Assembly (NCBI RefSeq): GCF_024641065.1
Contig: NZ_JAHEDV010000005.1
Span: 8,744 to 72,743, forward strand
Source: Rhodoluna sp.
GTDB taxonomy: Bacteria; Actinomycetota; Actinomycetes; Actinomycetales; Microbacteriaceae
Direction: 5' to 3'
Length of the DNA stretch: 64,000 nucleotides
Position numbers and translations under genes: made by a program. The notes beneath the pieces were generated by a model. That model had not been told where the DNA came from. It did not search any database and worked only from the letters and a program-made list of their open reading frames with translations. Below, in pieces: positions 54,707 through 64,000 of this stretch; the stretch's first letter is position 1, and each line of letters begins with the position of its first letter.

Positions 54707-55535
54707 CTACAAATCCGGCAAAAAAGTTGAGCCAAATAAAGCGTTTCCACCCGCGGTTTGCTTGCTCACAGGTTTCGTCGGTGATGTTCCAGTGGGTGCC
54801 GACTACCCAGAGGTAAGGCACCGCGGCAACTGACACGAACGATGCCAGGTCGCCAACAGTTAGCAGCAGCACTCCAGCGAACAAATAGGCCATGAAAGCA
54901 AATCTGGTGGTGGCTCGAGCACCGATCACGGTAGCGATTGACGAAATGCTTCCCTCGCGGTCAGCCTTTACATCTTGAACTGCGCCAAACGCGTGCGAGG
55001 CAACTCCCCAAAGGGTGAATGACAAAATCATCGCCAAAAGTTTTGGTTCGCCAAGGTCTGCTCCGGCTAGAGCTGCACCAAAAATCATTGGTCCAACAAA
55101 GTGGCTTGCCGAGGTCAGTGAATCAAGAAAAGGCTTTTCTTTAAATCGCAATCCCTTGGCGCTGTAGGCAACCACGGTGAACACAAATAGCAGCAACCAA
55201 GCCGCTGAATTTAGTGTGCCAACCGCGAGCAAATAAATTACAAAAGGCAGACAACTGAGCACGGCTGACCAGATTGTTAGGCGGTGCCACTTGGGTGCCA
55301 GCAGTGCACCTTCGACGCCACCCTTGCGTGGGTTGCGCAAATCACTTTCGTAGTCAAAAACATCGTTGATGCCATACATAAGCAGGTTGTATGGAATCAA
55401 GAAAAACAGTGTGCCAAGAATCAGCTCGATGCTGATTTCTCGAGTGATGAACAAGTAGGCCGCTGCAAATGGATACGCGGTGTTGATCCATGAAATCGGT
55501 CTTGAAGACCAAAACAGTTGCTTTAGGGCTTCCAT
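54660..55535 (-). CDS. crtEb: UbiA-family prenyltransferase, lycopene elongase (CrtEb)-like
   Basis: 8-9 TM helices and the Asp-rich motif GINDVFDYESDLRNPRK. It is the last gene of a crtB-crtI-crtYe-crtYf-crtEb arrangement, as in the C. glutamicum decaprenoxanthin cluster. Confidence 0.7.
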   Translation of the reverse strand: MEALKQLFWSSRPISWINTAYPFAAAYLFITREISIELILGTLFFLIPYNLLMYGINDVFDYESDLRNPRKGGVEGALLAPKWHRLTIWSAVLSCLPFVIYLLAVGTLNSAAWLLLFVFTVVAYSAKGLRFKEKPFLDSLTSASHFVGPMIFGAALAGADLGEPKLLAMILSFTLWGVASHAFGAVQDVKADREGSISSIATVIGARATTRFAFMAYLFAGVLLLTVGDLASFVSVAAVPYLWVVGTHWNITDETCEQANRGWKRFIWLNFFAGFVVTQFVILAAIGLSFA

Positions 55536-55819
55536 CGCAAACCTCTCGTGATTTCAATTGCTACCGAGATCAGCAGGGGAGCAGCAAGCGAATATGCAAA
55601 GTCTTCGATCGGGGCTACGCCAATTTTGATTCCGGTGATCAGGGCTTCGTCGTAGGCCACGATTCCGGTGCCAACAATTAGGTTGTCAAAAACCGCTGTG
55701 GCCACAAGAAGCCAACCGGTGGCCAAGCCGATGGTCTTCCAGGGCAGTTGCTTGCGAAACGGAAAACTCGCCGCAATCACAGCGCCCAAGAATATTGCAT
55801 TCAAACCCAAATAGTTCAT
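55523..55819 (-). CDS. crtYf: Lycopene-cyclase-domain small membrane subunit (CrtYf / CrtYd-type)
   Basis: 98 aa, 3 TM. 4-nt overlap with the preceding subunit gene and 13-nt overlap with crtEb. Confidence 0.7.
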   Translation of the reverse strand: MNYLGLNAIFLGAVIAASFPFRKQLPWKTIGLATGWLLVATAVFDNLIVGTGIVAYDEALITGIKIGVAPIEDFAYSLAAPLLISVAIEITRGLRWKP

Positions 55820-56157
55820 TTAGAACCGCCTGATCGTTTTGCCTCGCGTCGACCAAAGGCTTTCAGTAATAGCAACGAGCTATAGCTGAGCAAAATCAAA
55901 AAGAACACTTCTTCTAACGGCAACTCATCAGTGAGCAGAACACCGGTCATGTGGCTTGCGTCACCTCTGAAGAAGATTCCCGATTGAATTCCCGCAACAT
56001 CCCAGACCAAAAAGAACACCACTGAAATCAAAATCAAACACAAATAACGCGCTGATTTTGCAATCGCCAGCTTGAAGCGAAAATCAAGAACGGCCAAGCC
56101 AGAGATTGAGAACAGCAGAGCGGCTAGATAGATGAAGCTCAACGAAGCCCCTTCCAC
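55816..56157 (-). CDS. crtYe: Lycopene-cyclase-domain small membrane subunit (CrtYe / CrtYc-type)
   Basis: 113 aa, 3 TM, with the conserved-looking LPLEEVFFF-like segment (LPLEEVFFLILL). The start is GTG 56157 or TTG 56142 (a TTGA overlap with the crtI stop). Confidence 0.7.
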   Translation of the reverse strand: MEGASLSFIYLAALLFSISGLAVLDFRFKLAIAKSARYLCLILISVVFFLVWDVAGIQSGIFFRGDASHMTGVLLTDELPLEEVFFLILLSYSSLLLLKAFGRREAKRSGGSK

Positions 56158-57743
56158 CCGTTCTCGCCAATCGGCTTGATCTCATCTTTTAGTGGGCCAG
56201 CTGAGCGGTCATTGATCAATCGCTTGTAGACCAGCTCGGCACCGATTAGGCACATTGGCAGGCCGATTCCCGGAATGCTGTGGTGGCCGGCGTAATAGAG
56301 GCCCTCAACCTTTTTGCTCTTGTTGGTTGGTCTAAAGAACGCGCTCTGCATCAGGGTGTGAGCCATGCCAAGTGCTGTGCCAGACCAAGCGTTCAGGTCG
56401 TCAACGAAATCTTTTGGTCCCATGGTTCGGCGAACCACAATTCGCTCAGCCAAATCAGGAATCTCGCACCAGTCAGAAATCTGCTGGATGATTCGGTCGG
56501 CAGCTGCCTCGAATTCGGCGTCGCCAGAACCGTCGATTCCGCCCTTGCCCAACTCTGGGTCGGCGGCAATCGGAACCAGCACGAAAATGTTCTCGTAACC
56601 CTCAGGCGCAACCGAAGGGTCAGTAATGCTAGGCGCGCAGATGTAAAGCGAGGCCGGGCTAGGAATAGCACTCTTGGCACCAGATTTGCGTTTTTCTTCA
56701 GGTGTTCGGAACACCTCTTTGAAGTTTTTATCCCAGTCATCGGCATACAAAAGTGTGTGGTGATCTAGCTGAGGCAATTTGCCGCGAACACCTAGATACA
56801 ACAGCATTGCGCTTGGGCCGGGCACCTTGTCTTGCCACCATTTTTCAGGCAGGGTCTGATCTTTAGGGGCAAGCAGCTGGGTCTCAATGTGGTGAAGATC
56901 AGCGTTGCCAATCACCACATCGGCTCCATAGAACACCTCGCCAACTGTTACGCCGGCAACATGGCCATCTTTGGTGGTTTCAATCTTGGTGACCTTTGAG
57001 TTGGTGTGAATCTCAACCCCGTGTTGCTTTGCAAGGCGCTCGATTGATTCGATGATCGTGTATAGCCCGCCCATTGGGTAGAACACGCCAACATTCATGT
57101 CAACGTGGGTCATCAAGTGATACATGCTCGGGGTGTCATACGGCGAGGCACCCAAGAAAACAGCCGGAAAGTTCAGAATCTTGCGCAGGCGCTTATCGGT
57201 GACAAATTTGCCAGCAAAGGTGTCTAGCGGAGTAACTAGGTGCTTGATGAATCGACCCGCACGCGCCAAAACCTCAGGCTGAACAAATGACTTTGCGTTC
57301 TGAAAATTGGTGTACAAAAAGTGCTTGATCGAGAGCTTGTAGGCATCTTCAGCCGAGTCGATATAGGCCTGAAGTCGGTCGCCTGCGCCTGGCTCAATCG
57401 AGTCAAATAGCACTTTGTTGTCAGCCAATTTTTCACGGATGATCAGCTTGTCGCCAAAACCCTCATTGCGAGTTTGATAAGCCGGGTCAAGGCGAACCAG
57501 GTTGAGCTGCTCGGCTGCAGTGGTGCCCATGAGTTTGAAAAACTGGTCGAAGGCGTCAGGCATCAAATACCAAGAGGGGCCCATGTCGAACTTGAATCCG
57601 TCTTTCTCCCAGATGTAGGCGCGGCCGCCAACTTTCTCACGAGCCTCAAGCAATGTGACTTTCATTCCAGCCTTGGCTAGAAGCGCTGCCGTTGAAAGAC
57701 CTGCGATTCCTCCGCCAACTACAACTGCGGTTTTTTGGCTCAT
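56139..57743 (-). CDS. crtI: Phytoene desaturase
   Basis: AVVVGGGIAGLSTAALLAKAG FAD fold and GLYYAGHHSIPGIGLPMCLIGA at the C-terminus. 534 aa. Confidence 0.92.
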   Translation of the reverse strand: MSQKTAVVVGGGIAGLSTAALLAKAGMKVTLLEAREKVGGRAYIWEKDGFKFDMGPSWYLMPDAFDQFFKLMGTTAAEQLNLVRLDPAYQTRNEGFGDKLIIREKLADNKVLFDSIEPGAGDRLQAYIDSAEDAYKLSIKHFLYTNFQNAKSFVQPEVLARAGRFIKHLVTPLDTFAGKFVTDKRLRKILNFPAVFLGASPYDTPSMYHLMTHVDMNVGVFYPMGGLYTIIESIERLAKQHGVEIHTNSKVTKIETTKDGHVAGVTVGEVFYGADVVIGNADLHHIETQLLAPKDQTLPEKWWQDKVPGPSAMLLYLGVRGKLPQLDHHTLLYADDWDKNFKEVFRTPEEKRKSGAKSAIPSPASLYICAPSITDPSVAPEGYENIFVLVPIAADPELGKGGIDGSGDAEFEAAADRIIQQISDWCEIPDLAERIVVRRTMGPKDFVDDLNAWSGTALGMAHTLMQSAFFRPTNKSKKVEGLYYAGHHSIPGIGLPMCLIGAELVYKRLINDRSAGPLKDEIKPIGENGWKGLR

Positions 57744-58630
57744 TTAGGCACAACTCCAAACCATGCTTGGGTCAGAATCACAAGTTTCTTTGGGTTAGAA
57801 ACTCGAATTCTGCGCTGAATTAGTTCTTCGGCCGGGGTGGCCGCGATGTTGCGATTTAGTTCAGTGAAAAACATTTGAGCGGCAGAAACTGCCTTTCGAG
57901 ATGTGCGTGGCAGTTTTCGAAGCGAGCGTGACGAAACCACCAAGTCTGCTTCGATGTCTTCAACCAAACGTACTTTCTCAGCTTCGTTGAAGGTGTCAAC
58001 ATTGACCCCCGGAAAATACGAGCGGCCCAGTTTTTTAAAGTCAGCTGCTAGGTCACGCAAAAAGTTGACCTTCTGAAAAGCAGCGCCAAGTGCGCGTGCA
58101 CCAGTAACAAATTCTTTGCGTTCTGCCACGGTCAATTGTTGGCCCATCAAGAAAACATCGAGACACATCAAGCCGACGACTTCGGCTGAACCATAGACAT
58201 AAAGGTCAAAACCGCGGTGATCGTGTTCTTTGGTCAATAGGTCCATGCGCATAGATGCAAAAAACGGCTTCACCAAGTCTTTGCTGATGTTGGCCAATCT
58301 GGCGGTGTGGGCAAAGGCGTGAACTACAAGATTCGCGCTGAACCCACAATCCATGGCTCGATAGGTCTCGGCCTCAAGCTCGTCGAGAATGTCACGCGGA
58401 TTATGCGAAATTCCGTTGCCAACCGCTTCGGCTGCGGCGCCATCAACAATTTCATCGGCAACGCGAACCAGCGCATAAATGTTGCGAATGTGAATGCGCT
58501 TGGTGCGACTAATCAGTTTTGTTGCCCAGCCAAACGAGGTTGAATACGCAGCAATAACCTCGGCCGAAGCCAATTCAGCGGCACGAGTGTACTGACTCAG
58601 GCTGGTTGGTTGTTCCAAAGGCTTAGGCAC
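57740..58630 (-). CDS. crtB: Phytoene synthase
   Basis: STSFGWAT, YALVRVADEIVDG (first Asp-rich motif), YVYGSAEVVG, and FLRDLAADF (second motif). 4-nt overlap with crtI. Confidence 0.92.
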   Translation of the reverse strand: MPKPLEQPTSLSQYTRAAELASAEVIAAYSTSFGWATKLISRTKRIHIRNIYALVRVADEIVDGAAAEAVGNGISHNPRDILDELEAETYRAMDCGFSANLVVHAFAHTARLANISKDLVKPFFASMRMDLLTKEHDHRGFDLYVYGSAEVVGLMCLDVFLMGQQLTVAERKEFVTGARALGAAFQKVNFLRDLAADFKKLGRSYFPGVNVDTFNEAEKVRLVEDIEADLVVSSRSLRKLPRTSRKAVSAAQMFFTELNRNIAATPAEELIQRRIRVSNPKKLVILTQAWFGVVPK

Positions 58631-58639
58631 GGTTTAAGG

Positions 58640-59611
58640 CTACAACCAGTCTCGACGCTTGAAACTCCAATAGAGCCCGAGCGAGATCAACACCATGGTG
58701 CCGATCGAAGCCCACACACCCCAAACCTCACCAAAGCCCGGATACGGAATGTTCTGCCCATAGAAACCGGTAATCGCAGTTGGCACAGCAATGATTGCCG
58801 CCCAGCTGGTCACTTTTTTCATGATTAGGTTCATGCGGTTTCCTTGGATAGTCAGGTTTGTTTCGAGCAGCGTGGTGACCAAATCTCGAAGCGAGTCTGT
58901 CCAATCGGCAACTCGCATCACGTGGTCATAAATGTCTTGAAAATAGGCAAACATCGAGCCACCTATGGCTTGGGTGTCTCGCTTCACAATCGGATTCAAC
59001 ACCTCACGCATCGGGTTGGCGGTTCTGCGCAAAACCACCAGAGCTTTTCTTAGGGCATACGAGCGTTTTTGAATCAAGGCGTCGTCGCGCTTGTCGGCGA
59101 ACAGAATGTCTTCGAGTTTTTCAATTTCTTCATCAAGCTGGTCGACTACCTCAAAGTAGCCATCGACAATCACATCGAGCAGGCCCCACAACAAAAACGC
59201 AACACCATTTTCGGCGAGCGCTTTGCTTTCATCCCAGCGGTTCATCACCTTGGTGATGTCAAAAGATTCATCGTCTCGCACTGTGATCACAGCGTGATCG
59301 GTTACAAAAATTGCAATTTCTGAAGTGGTTATTTCAGCCGAGTCTTGGTTAAAAGTTGCCTGATAGGCGTTGATGAACAGGTGGGTGTCATAGTGGTCAA
59401 GTTTTGGGCGCTGGCGACCTTTATAGGCATCAGCAACCGCAAGTTCGTGCAGACCGAGTTCTTCGCCAAAGTGCTCTAAAACTGCTTGACTCGGGTTGAC
59501 CAGGTCATACCAAATTGCGGTTCCCGGTTCTTGAATCAACTCAGAAATGTCATTCGAATTAAACTCGGTGCCAACCAGAGTTCCGTTTCGATAAATGCGA
59601 CTGCGTTCCAT
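58640..59611 (-). CDS. corA: CorA-family divalent cation transporter (signature reads YGQN instead of YGMN)
   Basis: 323 aa with a CorA cytoplasmic domain, two C-terminal TM helices, and the loop AITGFYGQNIPYPGF. It ends 9 bp before crtB. Confidence 0.85.
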   Translation of the reverse strand: MERSRIYRNGTLVGTEFNSNDISELIQEPGTAIWYDLVNPSQAVLEHFGEELGLHELAVADAYKGRQRPKLDHYDTHLFINAYQATFNQDSAEITTSEIAIFVTDHAVITVRDDESFDITKVMNRWDESKALAENGVAFLLWGLLDVIVDGYFEVVDQLDEEIEKLEDILFADKRDDALIQKRSYALRKALVVLRRTANPMREVLNPIVKRDTQAIGGSMFAYFQDIYDHVMRVADWTDSLRDLVTTLLETNLTIQGNRMNLIMKKVTSWAAIIAVPTAITGFYGQNIPYPGFGEVWGVWASIGTMVLISLGLYWSFKRRDWL

Positions 59612-59670
59612 GGCATCAGCCTAGGCCTAAACATCATTGAAACTCTCGCTAAAAAGGTAGACTTGAGCCT

Positions 59671-61362
59671 ATGTCTGCAGATATGAAACCGCGCTCACGC
59701 GACGTTACCGATGGAATTGAAAAAGCAGCCTCTCGAGGCATGCTCCGTGCAGTTGGCATGGGCGATGAAGACTGGGTAAAGCCACAAATCGGTGTGGCTA
59801 GCTCTTGGAGCGAGGTTACCCCTTGCAACCTTTCACTTGACCGTTTGGCAGAAGCCACCAAGCAGGGTGTTCACGCCGGCGGCGGTTACCCACTTGAGTT
59901 CGGCACCATTTCGGTTTCTGACGGCATCTCAATGGGCCACGAAGGTATGCACTTCTCATTGGTTTCGCGCGAGGTTATCGCCGACTCAGTTGAGACCGTT
60001 ATGCAGGCCGAGCGCCTTGACGGTTCAGTTTTGCTTGCCGGTTGTGACAAGTCACTGCCTGGAATGTTGATGGCTGCAGCCCGTCTAAACCTTTCATCTG
60101 TGTTCTTGTATGCCGGTTCGATCATGCCCGGATGGGTAAAGCTCGAGTCTGGCGAAGAAAAGCAGGTCACCATCATTGATGCCTTTGAGGCTGTTGGTGC
60201 TTGCAAGGCCGGCAAGATGTCTGAAGAAGATCTTGGCCGCATCGAGCGCGCAATCTGCCCTGGCGAAGGCGCTTGTGGCGGTATGTACACCGCTAACACC
60301 ATGGCTTCGGCTGCTGAAGCACTTGGCATGAGCCTTCCGGGTTCAGCTGCTCCACCGGCTGCCGACCGTCGTCGTGACGTTTGGGCTCACCGCTCAGGTG
60401 AGGCTGTTGTTAACCTGCTTCGCCTAGGCATCACCGCCCGCGACATCTTGACCAAGAAGGCTTTCGAGAACGCTATTGCCGTAACCATGGCCTTCGGTGG
60501 TTCAACCAACGCTGTTCTTCACCTCCTTGCTATCGCTCGCGAGGCTGAGGTTGACCTTTCACTTGACGACTTCAACCGCATCGCCGACAAGGTTCCACAC
60601 CTTGGCGACCTAAAGCCTTTCGGTCGCTACGTTATGACCGACGTAGACCGCGTTGGTGGCGTTCCAGTTGTTATGAAGGCTCTGCTTGACGCAGGCCTAA
60701 TTCACGGTGACGCGCTAACTGTTACTGGCAAGACCGTTGCCGAGAACTTGGCTGGCATCAACCCGCCTGACCCAGACGGCAAGATCATCCGTGAACTAAA
60801 CAACCCAATTCACAAGACCGGTGGCATCTCGATTCTTAAGGGTTCAATGGCCCCTGAGGGTGCAGTTGTTAAGACCGCAGGTTTTGACCTCGACGACTTC
60901 ACCGGCCCAGCACGCGTTTTCGAGCGCGAGCGCGCAGCCATGGATGCCCTAACCGAGGGCAAGATTGCCGCCGGCGATGTAGTGGTTATTCGCTATGAAG
61001 GCCCTAAGGGTGGCCCGGGCATGCGAGAGATGCTTGCAATTACTGGTGCAATTAAGGGTGCCGGTTTGGGCAAGGATGTTCTACTATTGACTGACGGACG
61101 ATTCTCAGGCGGCACAACCGGCCTTTGCATCGGCCACATTGCACCAGAGGCCACCGAAGGTGGGCCAATTGCTCTGGTTCGCGATGGCGACTTAATTCGA
61201 GTCAACATCGCTGCTCGTTCGCTCGAACTACTCGTTGAGCCTGAAGAGCTGGCTGCCCGCAAGCAAACTTGGCAGTCTCTTCCACCGCGCTATACCCGAG
61301 GCGTTCTCGCGAAATATGCAAAGCTCGTGCACTCTGCAGCAGAGGGCGCGTACTGCGGCTAA
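59671..61362 (+). CDS. ilvD: Dihydroxy-acid dehydratase
   Basis: [51 protein letters not shown]. Confidence 0.96.
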   Translation: MSADMKPRSRDVTDGIEKAASRGMLRAVGMGDEDWVKPQIGVASSWSEVTPCNLSLDRLAEATKQGVHAGGGYPLEFGTISVSDGISMGHEGMHFSLVSREVIADSVETVMQAERLDGSVLLAGCDKSLPGMLMAAARLNLSSVFLYAGSIMPGWVKLESGEEKQVTIIDAFEAVGACKAGKMSEEDLGRIERAICPGEGACGGMYTANTMASAAEALGMSLPGSAAPPAADRRRDVWAHRSGEAVVNLLRLGITARDILTKKAFENAIAVTMAFGGSTNAVLHLLAIAREAEVDLSLDDFNRIADKVPHLGDLKPFGRYVMTDVDRVGGVPVVMKALLDAGLIHGDALTVTGKTVAENLAGINPPDPDGKIIRELNNPIHKTGGISILKGSMAPEGAVVKTAGFDLDDFTGPARVFERERAAMDALTEGKIAAGDVVVIRYEGPKGGPGMREMLAITGAIKGAGLGKDVLLLTDGRFSGGTTGLCIGHIAPEATEGGPIALVRDGDLIRVNIAARSLELLVEPEELAARKQTWQSLPPRYTRGVLAKYAKLVHSAAEGAYCG

Positions 61363-61420
61363 TTCGCATTCCACCATCAGCCAACTGGTTGATGCTTGAA
61401 AGCTAACGAGAGAAATTTCA

Positions 61421-63175
61421 ATGTCAAATGAGGTTCTAACCGGCGCCCAGGCGATTGTTCGCAGCCTGGAGTTGCTAGGAATCGAAGACGTATTTGGTTT
61501 GCCTGGTGGCGCAATTTTGCCTACCTACGACCCACTTATGGATTCTCAGAAGATTCGTCACATCTTGGTTCGTCACGAACAGGGTGCTGGTCACGCTGCT
61601 GAAGGTTATGCCTCAGCCAGCGGCCGTCTCGGTGTTTGCATCGCAACCTCAGGCCCTGGTGCAACCAACCTGGTTACCGCAATCGCAGATGCCTACATGG
61701 ATTCAGTTCCGCTGCTTGCAATCACCGGTCAGGTTGGCTCAAAGCTGATCGGTACCGATGCTTTTCAAGAGGCAGACATCGTGGGCATCACCATGCCGAT
61801 CACCAAGCACTCATTCTTGGTTACCAACGCGGCAGATATTCCAGAGACTATGGCGGCAGCAGTAATGATTGCTACCACTGGTCGCCCAGGCCCAGTTTTG
61901 GTTGACATTACCAAAGATGCCCAGCAGGGTAAGGCTGAGTTTGTTTGGCCACCAAAGGTTGAGTTGGCTGGCTACAAGCCGGTTACCAAGCCTCACGGCA
62001 AGCAGATTCAGGCAGCAGCCCAGATGATCGCCGAAGCCAAGCGCCCGGTTCTTTATGTTGGTGGTGGCGTGGTTCGCGCTGGCGCCAACCAAGAGTTGCT
62101 AAAGCTTGCCGAACTTATCGGTGCACCTGTGGTTACCACTTTGATGGCCCGCGGTGCGTTCCCCGATTCACACAAGCAGAACCTTGGTATGCCTGGCATG
62201 CACGGAACCGTTCCAGCGGTTACCGCGCTGCAGAAGAGCGACTTGCTAATCACCCTTGGCGCACGCTTCGACGACCGCGTTACCGGTGACGTAAAGGGCT
62301 TTGCTACCGGCGCAAAGGTTATTCACGTTGACATCGATCCAGCCGAAATCGGCAAGATTCGTTTCGCTGATGTGCCTATCGTTGGCGATGCCAAAGAGGT
62401 AATCACCGAGCTAAATGCCGAGATGGCATCCGTGCTTAAAAACACCAAGCTAGACATCGCCGACTGGTGGGTCTTCTTGAACGGTTTGCTTGAGCGCTAC
62501 CCGCTTGGCTACAACAAGGCAACCGACGGCAAGCTTTCACCGCAGCACGTTATTGAGCGCATCGGTGAGTTGAGTGGCCCTGAGGCTATCTATGCTGCCG
62601 GCGTTGGCCAGCACCAGATGTGGTCTGCTCAGTTCATCAAATACGAGCGCCCAAACTCTTGGCTCAACTCGGGTGGTGCCGGAACCATGGGTTACTCGGT
62701 TCCAGCTGCAATGGGTGCCAAGGTCGCTCAGCCAGATCGCCTAGTTTGGGCAATCGATGGCGACGGATGCTTCCAGATGACCAACCAAGAGTTGGCTACC
62801 TGTGCGATCAATAACATTCCAATCAAGGTTGCTGTTATCAACAACTCTTCATTGGGCATGGTTCGTCAGTGGCAGACCTTGTTCTACAACGAGCGCTACT
62901 CAAACACCGATCTTCACACCGGCACCGACGCACTGATGATTCCCGACTTCGTGAAGTTGGCTGAAGCATATGGTTGCCTCGCTATCCGTGTTGAAAAAGA
63001 AGAAGAGATCGACGCAGCAATCAAGTTGGCAATTGCCACCAACGATCGCCCAGTTGTTATCGACTTCATCGTTAGCCGCGACTCAATGGTTTGGCCGATG
63101 GTCGCCGCTGGTCTAACCAACGATGAAATTCAATATGCCCGCGACGCGGCTCCAATCTGGGATGGTGTTGAGTAA
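61421..63175 (+). CDS. ilvB: Acetolactate synthase large subunit
   Basis: ThDP enzyme with [19 protein letters not shown], and [17 protein letters not shown]...DGDGCFQM (the ThDP motif). Confidence 0.96.
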   Translation: MSNEVLTGAQAIVRSLELLGIEDVFGLPGGAILPTYDPLMDSQKIRHILVRHEQGAGHAAEGYASASGRLGVCIATSGPGATNLVTAIADAYMDSVPLLAITGQVGSKLIGTDAFQEADIVGITMPITKHSFLVTNAADIPETMAAAVMIATTGRPGPVLVDITKDAQQGKAEFVWPPKVELAGYKPVTKPHGKQIQAAAQMIAEAKRPVLYVGGGVVRAGANQELLKLAELIGAPVVTTLMARGAFPDSHKQNLGMPGMHGTVPAVTALQKSDLLITLGARFDDRVTGDVKGFATGAKVIHVDIDPAEIGKIRFADVPIVGDAKEVITELNAEMASVLKNTKLDIADWWVFLNGLLERYPLGYNKATDGKLSPQHVIERIGELSGPEAIYAAGVGQHQMWSAQFIKYERPNSWLNSGGAGTMGYSVPAAMGAKVAQPDRLVWAIDGDGCFQMTNQELATCAINNIPIKVAVINNSSLGMVRQWQTLFYNERYSNTDLHTGTDALMIPDFVKLAEAYGCLAIRVEKEEEIDAAIKLAIATNDRPVVIDFIVSRDSMVWPMVAAGLTNDEIQYARDAAPIWDGVE

Positions 63176-63682
63176 ATGTCTACGCACGTTCTTTCTCTTC
63201 TAGTTGAAGACAAGCCTGGAATCTTGACCCGTGTGGCAGCGCTTTTTGCTCGCCGCGGTTTCAACATTGAGTCGCTTGCCGTTGGTGCCAGCGAAATCGA
63301 GGGCCTCTCACGCATCACTGTTGTTATTGGTGTTGAGGGTGCTCCGCTTGAGCAAGTAACCAAGCAGCTGAACAAATTGATCAACGTAATCAAGATCGTT
63401 GAGCTTGATGCAGATCAGGCTGTTCAGCGCGACCACATGTTGATCAAGGTAAAGACCGACGCTTCTACTCGCTCTCAGGTGCTAGAGGCAGTAACCTTGT
63501 TCCGTGCGCGTGTTATCGACGTTGTGAGCGACGCACTGATCATCGAGGTAACCGGCGACACTGCAAAATGTGCGGCCTTCCTCAAAGTTCTCGAACCATT
63601 CGGCATCAAAGAGTTGGTGCAGTCTGGCGTATTGGCAATGGGCCGTGGCTCAAAGTCGATCACCGAGAAGGTCCTCAAATAA
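63176..63682 (+). CDS. ilvN: Acetolactate synthase small (regulatory) subunit
   Basis: ACT domain HVLSLLVEDKPGILTRVAALFARRGFNIESLAVG. It starts 1 nt after the ilvB stop. Confidence 0.95.
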   Translation: MSTHVLSLLVEDKPGILTRVAALFARRGFNIESLAVGASEIEGLSRITVVIGVEGAPLEQVTKQLNKLINVIKIVELDADQAVQRDHMLIKVKTDASTRSQVLEAVTLFRARVIDVVSDALIIEVTGDTAKCAAFLKVLEPFGIKELVQSGVLAMGRGSKSITEKVLK

Positions 63683-63723
63683 AAGCTTCGAAGGGGCAAC
63701 GCTCTTTCGGTAGAACCAAATAG

Positions 63724-64000
<277 letters not shown>

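Overview
This is a gene-dense 64-kb chromosomal segment with about 62 CDS and one tRNA-Lys. I see no rRNA, IS element, integrase, prophage or CRISPR array. It comes from a moderate-GC actinobacterium: two WhiB genes, MtrA-MtrB-LpqB, AccD5/AccE5/AccA3 and PdtaS are diagnostic. The moderate GC and the carotenoid genes suggest a Micrococcales/Microbacteriaceae-like organism, but that is only an inference. All calls rest on reading the translated ORFs, motif recognition and remembered synteny; no search was run.

Gene order, left to right:
- phospho-sugar mutase (edge-truncated), PNP, LpdA-like flavoprotein, accA, maf, m5U-type methyltransferase
- LuxR regulator, histidine kinase, kinase-like membrane protein
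- accE-accD, birA, PH-domain protein, purK-purE
- a cell-envelope block: LCP, lipoprotein, 828-aa LysM repeat protein, O-antigen-ligase-like protein, manA, whiB2-like, 937-aa GT2-membrane fusion, DUF5719-like, HExxH peptidase, manB
- ahcY, mtrA-mtrB-lpqB, comF, hpf, secA, Rv3235-family protein
- hypothetical, SAF(CpaB-like) protein, ParA/CpaE-like ATPase, pdtaS-like kinase, whiB1-like, membrane protein, bcp
- tRNA-Lys(CTT), Zn-ribbon/TM2 protein, patB-like, metZ
- nifS-nadC-nadB-nadA-nrtR, FCY1-type cytosine deaminase plus NCS1 permease, SprT-like protein
- crtEb-crtYf-crtYe-crtI-crtB, corA, ilvD-ilvB-ilvN-ilvC (edge-truncated)

Most of this is a conserved actinobacterial backbone, collinear with my memory of M. 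tuberculosis Rv3219..Rv3308. I found no clear-cut novel system such as a defence island.

The best second-look candidates are:
1. a 58-bp near-perfect palindrome abutting nrtR;
2. the translationally coupled regulator/kinase/pseudokinase-like trio;
3. the secreted LysM protein with about nine unclassified repeats, and the GT2-polytopic fusion with its DUF5719-like partner;
4. an orphan SAF + ParA-like pair with no Tad machinery nearby;
5. a C50-type carotenoid operon lacking crtE and butted against a corA whose GMN signature reads GQN.

Many genes are joined by ATGA/TAATG overlaps. Start codons are my own choices and are less certain than the gene calls.
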